Positions 62,670 to 64,000 of a DNA stretch of 64,000 nt are shown piece by piece (the first letter of the stretch is position 1; each line of letters begins with the position of its first letter). The notes under the pieces were generated by a model. That model was not told the origin of the DNA. It worked only from the letters and a program-made list of their open reading frames with translations, and made no database searches. The stretch covers positions 16,524,942-16,588,941 of the forward strand of contig NC_068993.1 of NCBI RefSeq assembly GCF_001194135.2, given 5' to 3'. The position numbers were made by a program, and so were the translations under genes. The stretch comes from Octopus bimaculoides. Lineage: Eukaryota.

Positions 62670-63050
62670 TACCACCACCACCACCATTACAATTACCAGC
62701 ATCACTGCCACCACCCTTACAATTACTAACACCACTGCCACCAACTACATTATGGCTGACATTGCCACAACAACCACCACACTAACTAGCACTACTCCCT
62801 CTCCTCCAGACAGTCACGCCACCACCATCTTGTATACCACACCCACATATACATCTACTATTACTACTACTACTACTAGAACTGACATACCCACATACTA
62901 ACACCACCATCACCACACTATTATCATTAACAACATAATTACCACCAGACCACTTCCACACACACACACACAAACACTGCCACCACCACCACTGCCACCA
63001 CCACCACTGCCACCACCACCACTGCCTCTACCACCATTACACTGCTGCAC
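62670..63050. repeat. (ACC/ACT)n triplet low-complexity tract
   Basis: Runs of accaccacc, actactact and ccaccaccactg units. Confidence 0.85.
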
Positions 63051-63219
63051 TGGTTGTCATAGAAGTCAAAATACCAGACTATCAGTTAATCCTTTGTTAC
63101 AATCCACAATAGCAATCCCTGTCCAAGAAGTGAGGCGGAAATATTAAAAATCAGGGAATTTCAGCATTGCTTAAGGGAATGTCAGGGTGTATCTGGGAAA
63201 GGCATGGGTTAGGAGACTT

Positions 63220-63283
<64 letters not shown>

Positions 63284-64000
63284 ATATATATATCTATGTA
63301 TATATAATGTGTGTGTTTGTGTATTTTATTAGTTTCCTTCATTAGTCAGGAGCTATTTTGGGATGCCATGTTCAAGGGTTCCTTCTCATCAGCTATATCA
63401 CCTCAACCCCAGTATTTCTTTTAGTCTGGTACTTATTTGATCAATTCCCAACTTGTTGGTCCAGTAATTTGTATGTAAAGGCATAAAAAATAAAAGATAG
63501 TGGTATTTAGACTGATTTAAACATACACACGGAGTGAACACACACACACACACACACATATGACTGGCTTGATACAGTTTCTGTCTACCAAATTTACTCA
63601 AGCCATTAGTTGGTCTAAGACAATAGCATAAAGTATTCATCCAAGATATCATGCAGTGGAGCTAGATTCAAAATCGCTTGGTTGCAAAATGAACTTCTTA
63701 ACCTATACACACACAGAGGCCATGCCTCTGTGTGCATGTGTTTGCACATAGACAAAATGTTCTACAGTCTGATGGAACAGTGTTTTACTTGAAAACCAAT
63801 AAGAATTGACTCAGAAAAGGTGTTCAGTCATAGAATTCTACCTCAAGAAGTCTTGTCCAGCCTATGTCAGCATGAGCAAAATGATTATAAAAATGGATGC
63901 CATGTATAAAGCACCCAGTACACACTCTGTAAAGTAGTTGGCTTTAGGAGGGGAATTAATCCTTTTGTTACCATATTTCTATTGAAATGCTTCGTGTTTC

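Overview
Animal genomic DNA, AT-rich and saturated with microsatellites, with five N gaps (4893-5113, 20391-20916, 38729-38827, 50233-50242, 55112-55121). I infer an octopus/coleoid cephalopod from the character of the SINE families and the microsatellite load; this is pattern recognition, not a database result. No host protein-coding gene, rRNA, intact tRNA or CRISPR array can be supported, and the window looks intronic or intergenic. Most ORFs in the track are microsatellite or SINE read-throughs. Recognisable content is decayed mobile DNA: two mariner transposase pseudogenes, three Tc1/mariner-superfamily fragments, a piggyBac-like remnant, pogo-, hAT- and piggyBac-like MITEs, a Penelope-like retroelement (RT C-terminus plus GIY-YIG), an RLE-type LINE relic, RTE LINE fragments, several tRNA-derived SINE families and a tRNA-Ser pseudogene. 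The best leads are structural: a ~3.3 kb inside-out inverted duplication of a mariner end enclosing foldbacks and a triplicated hairpin-like core (49950-53237), a nested foldback (40808-41615), degenerate hammerhead-like motifs, a double cruciform (14855-14955) and a two-transposon chimera (28252-29473). I found no convincing new protein-coding system. Coordinates of decayed repeats are approximate, and family letters A-G are my own labels.
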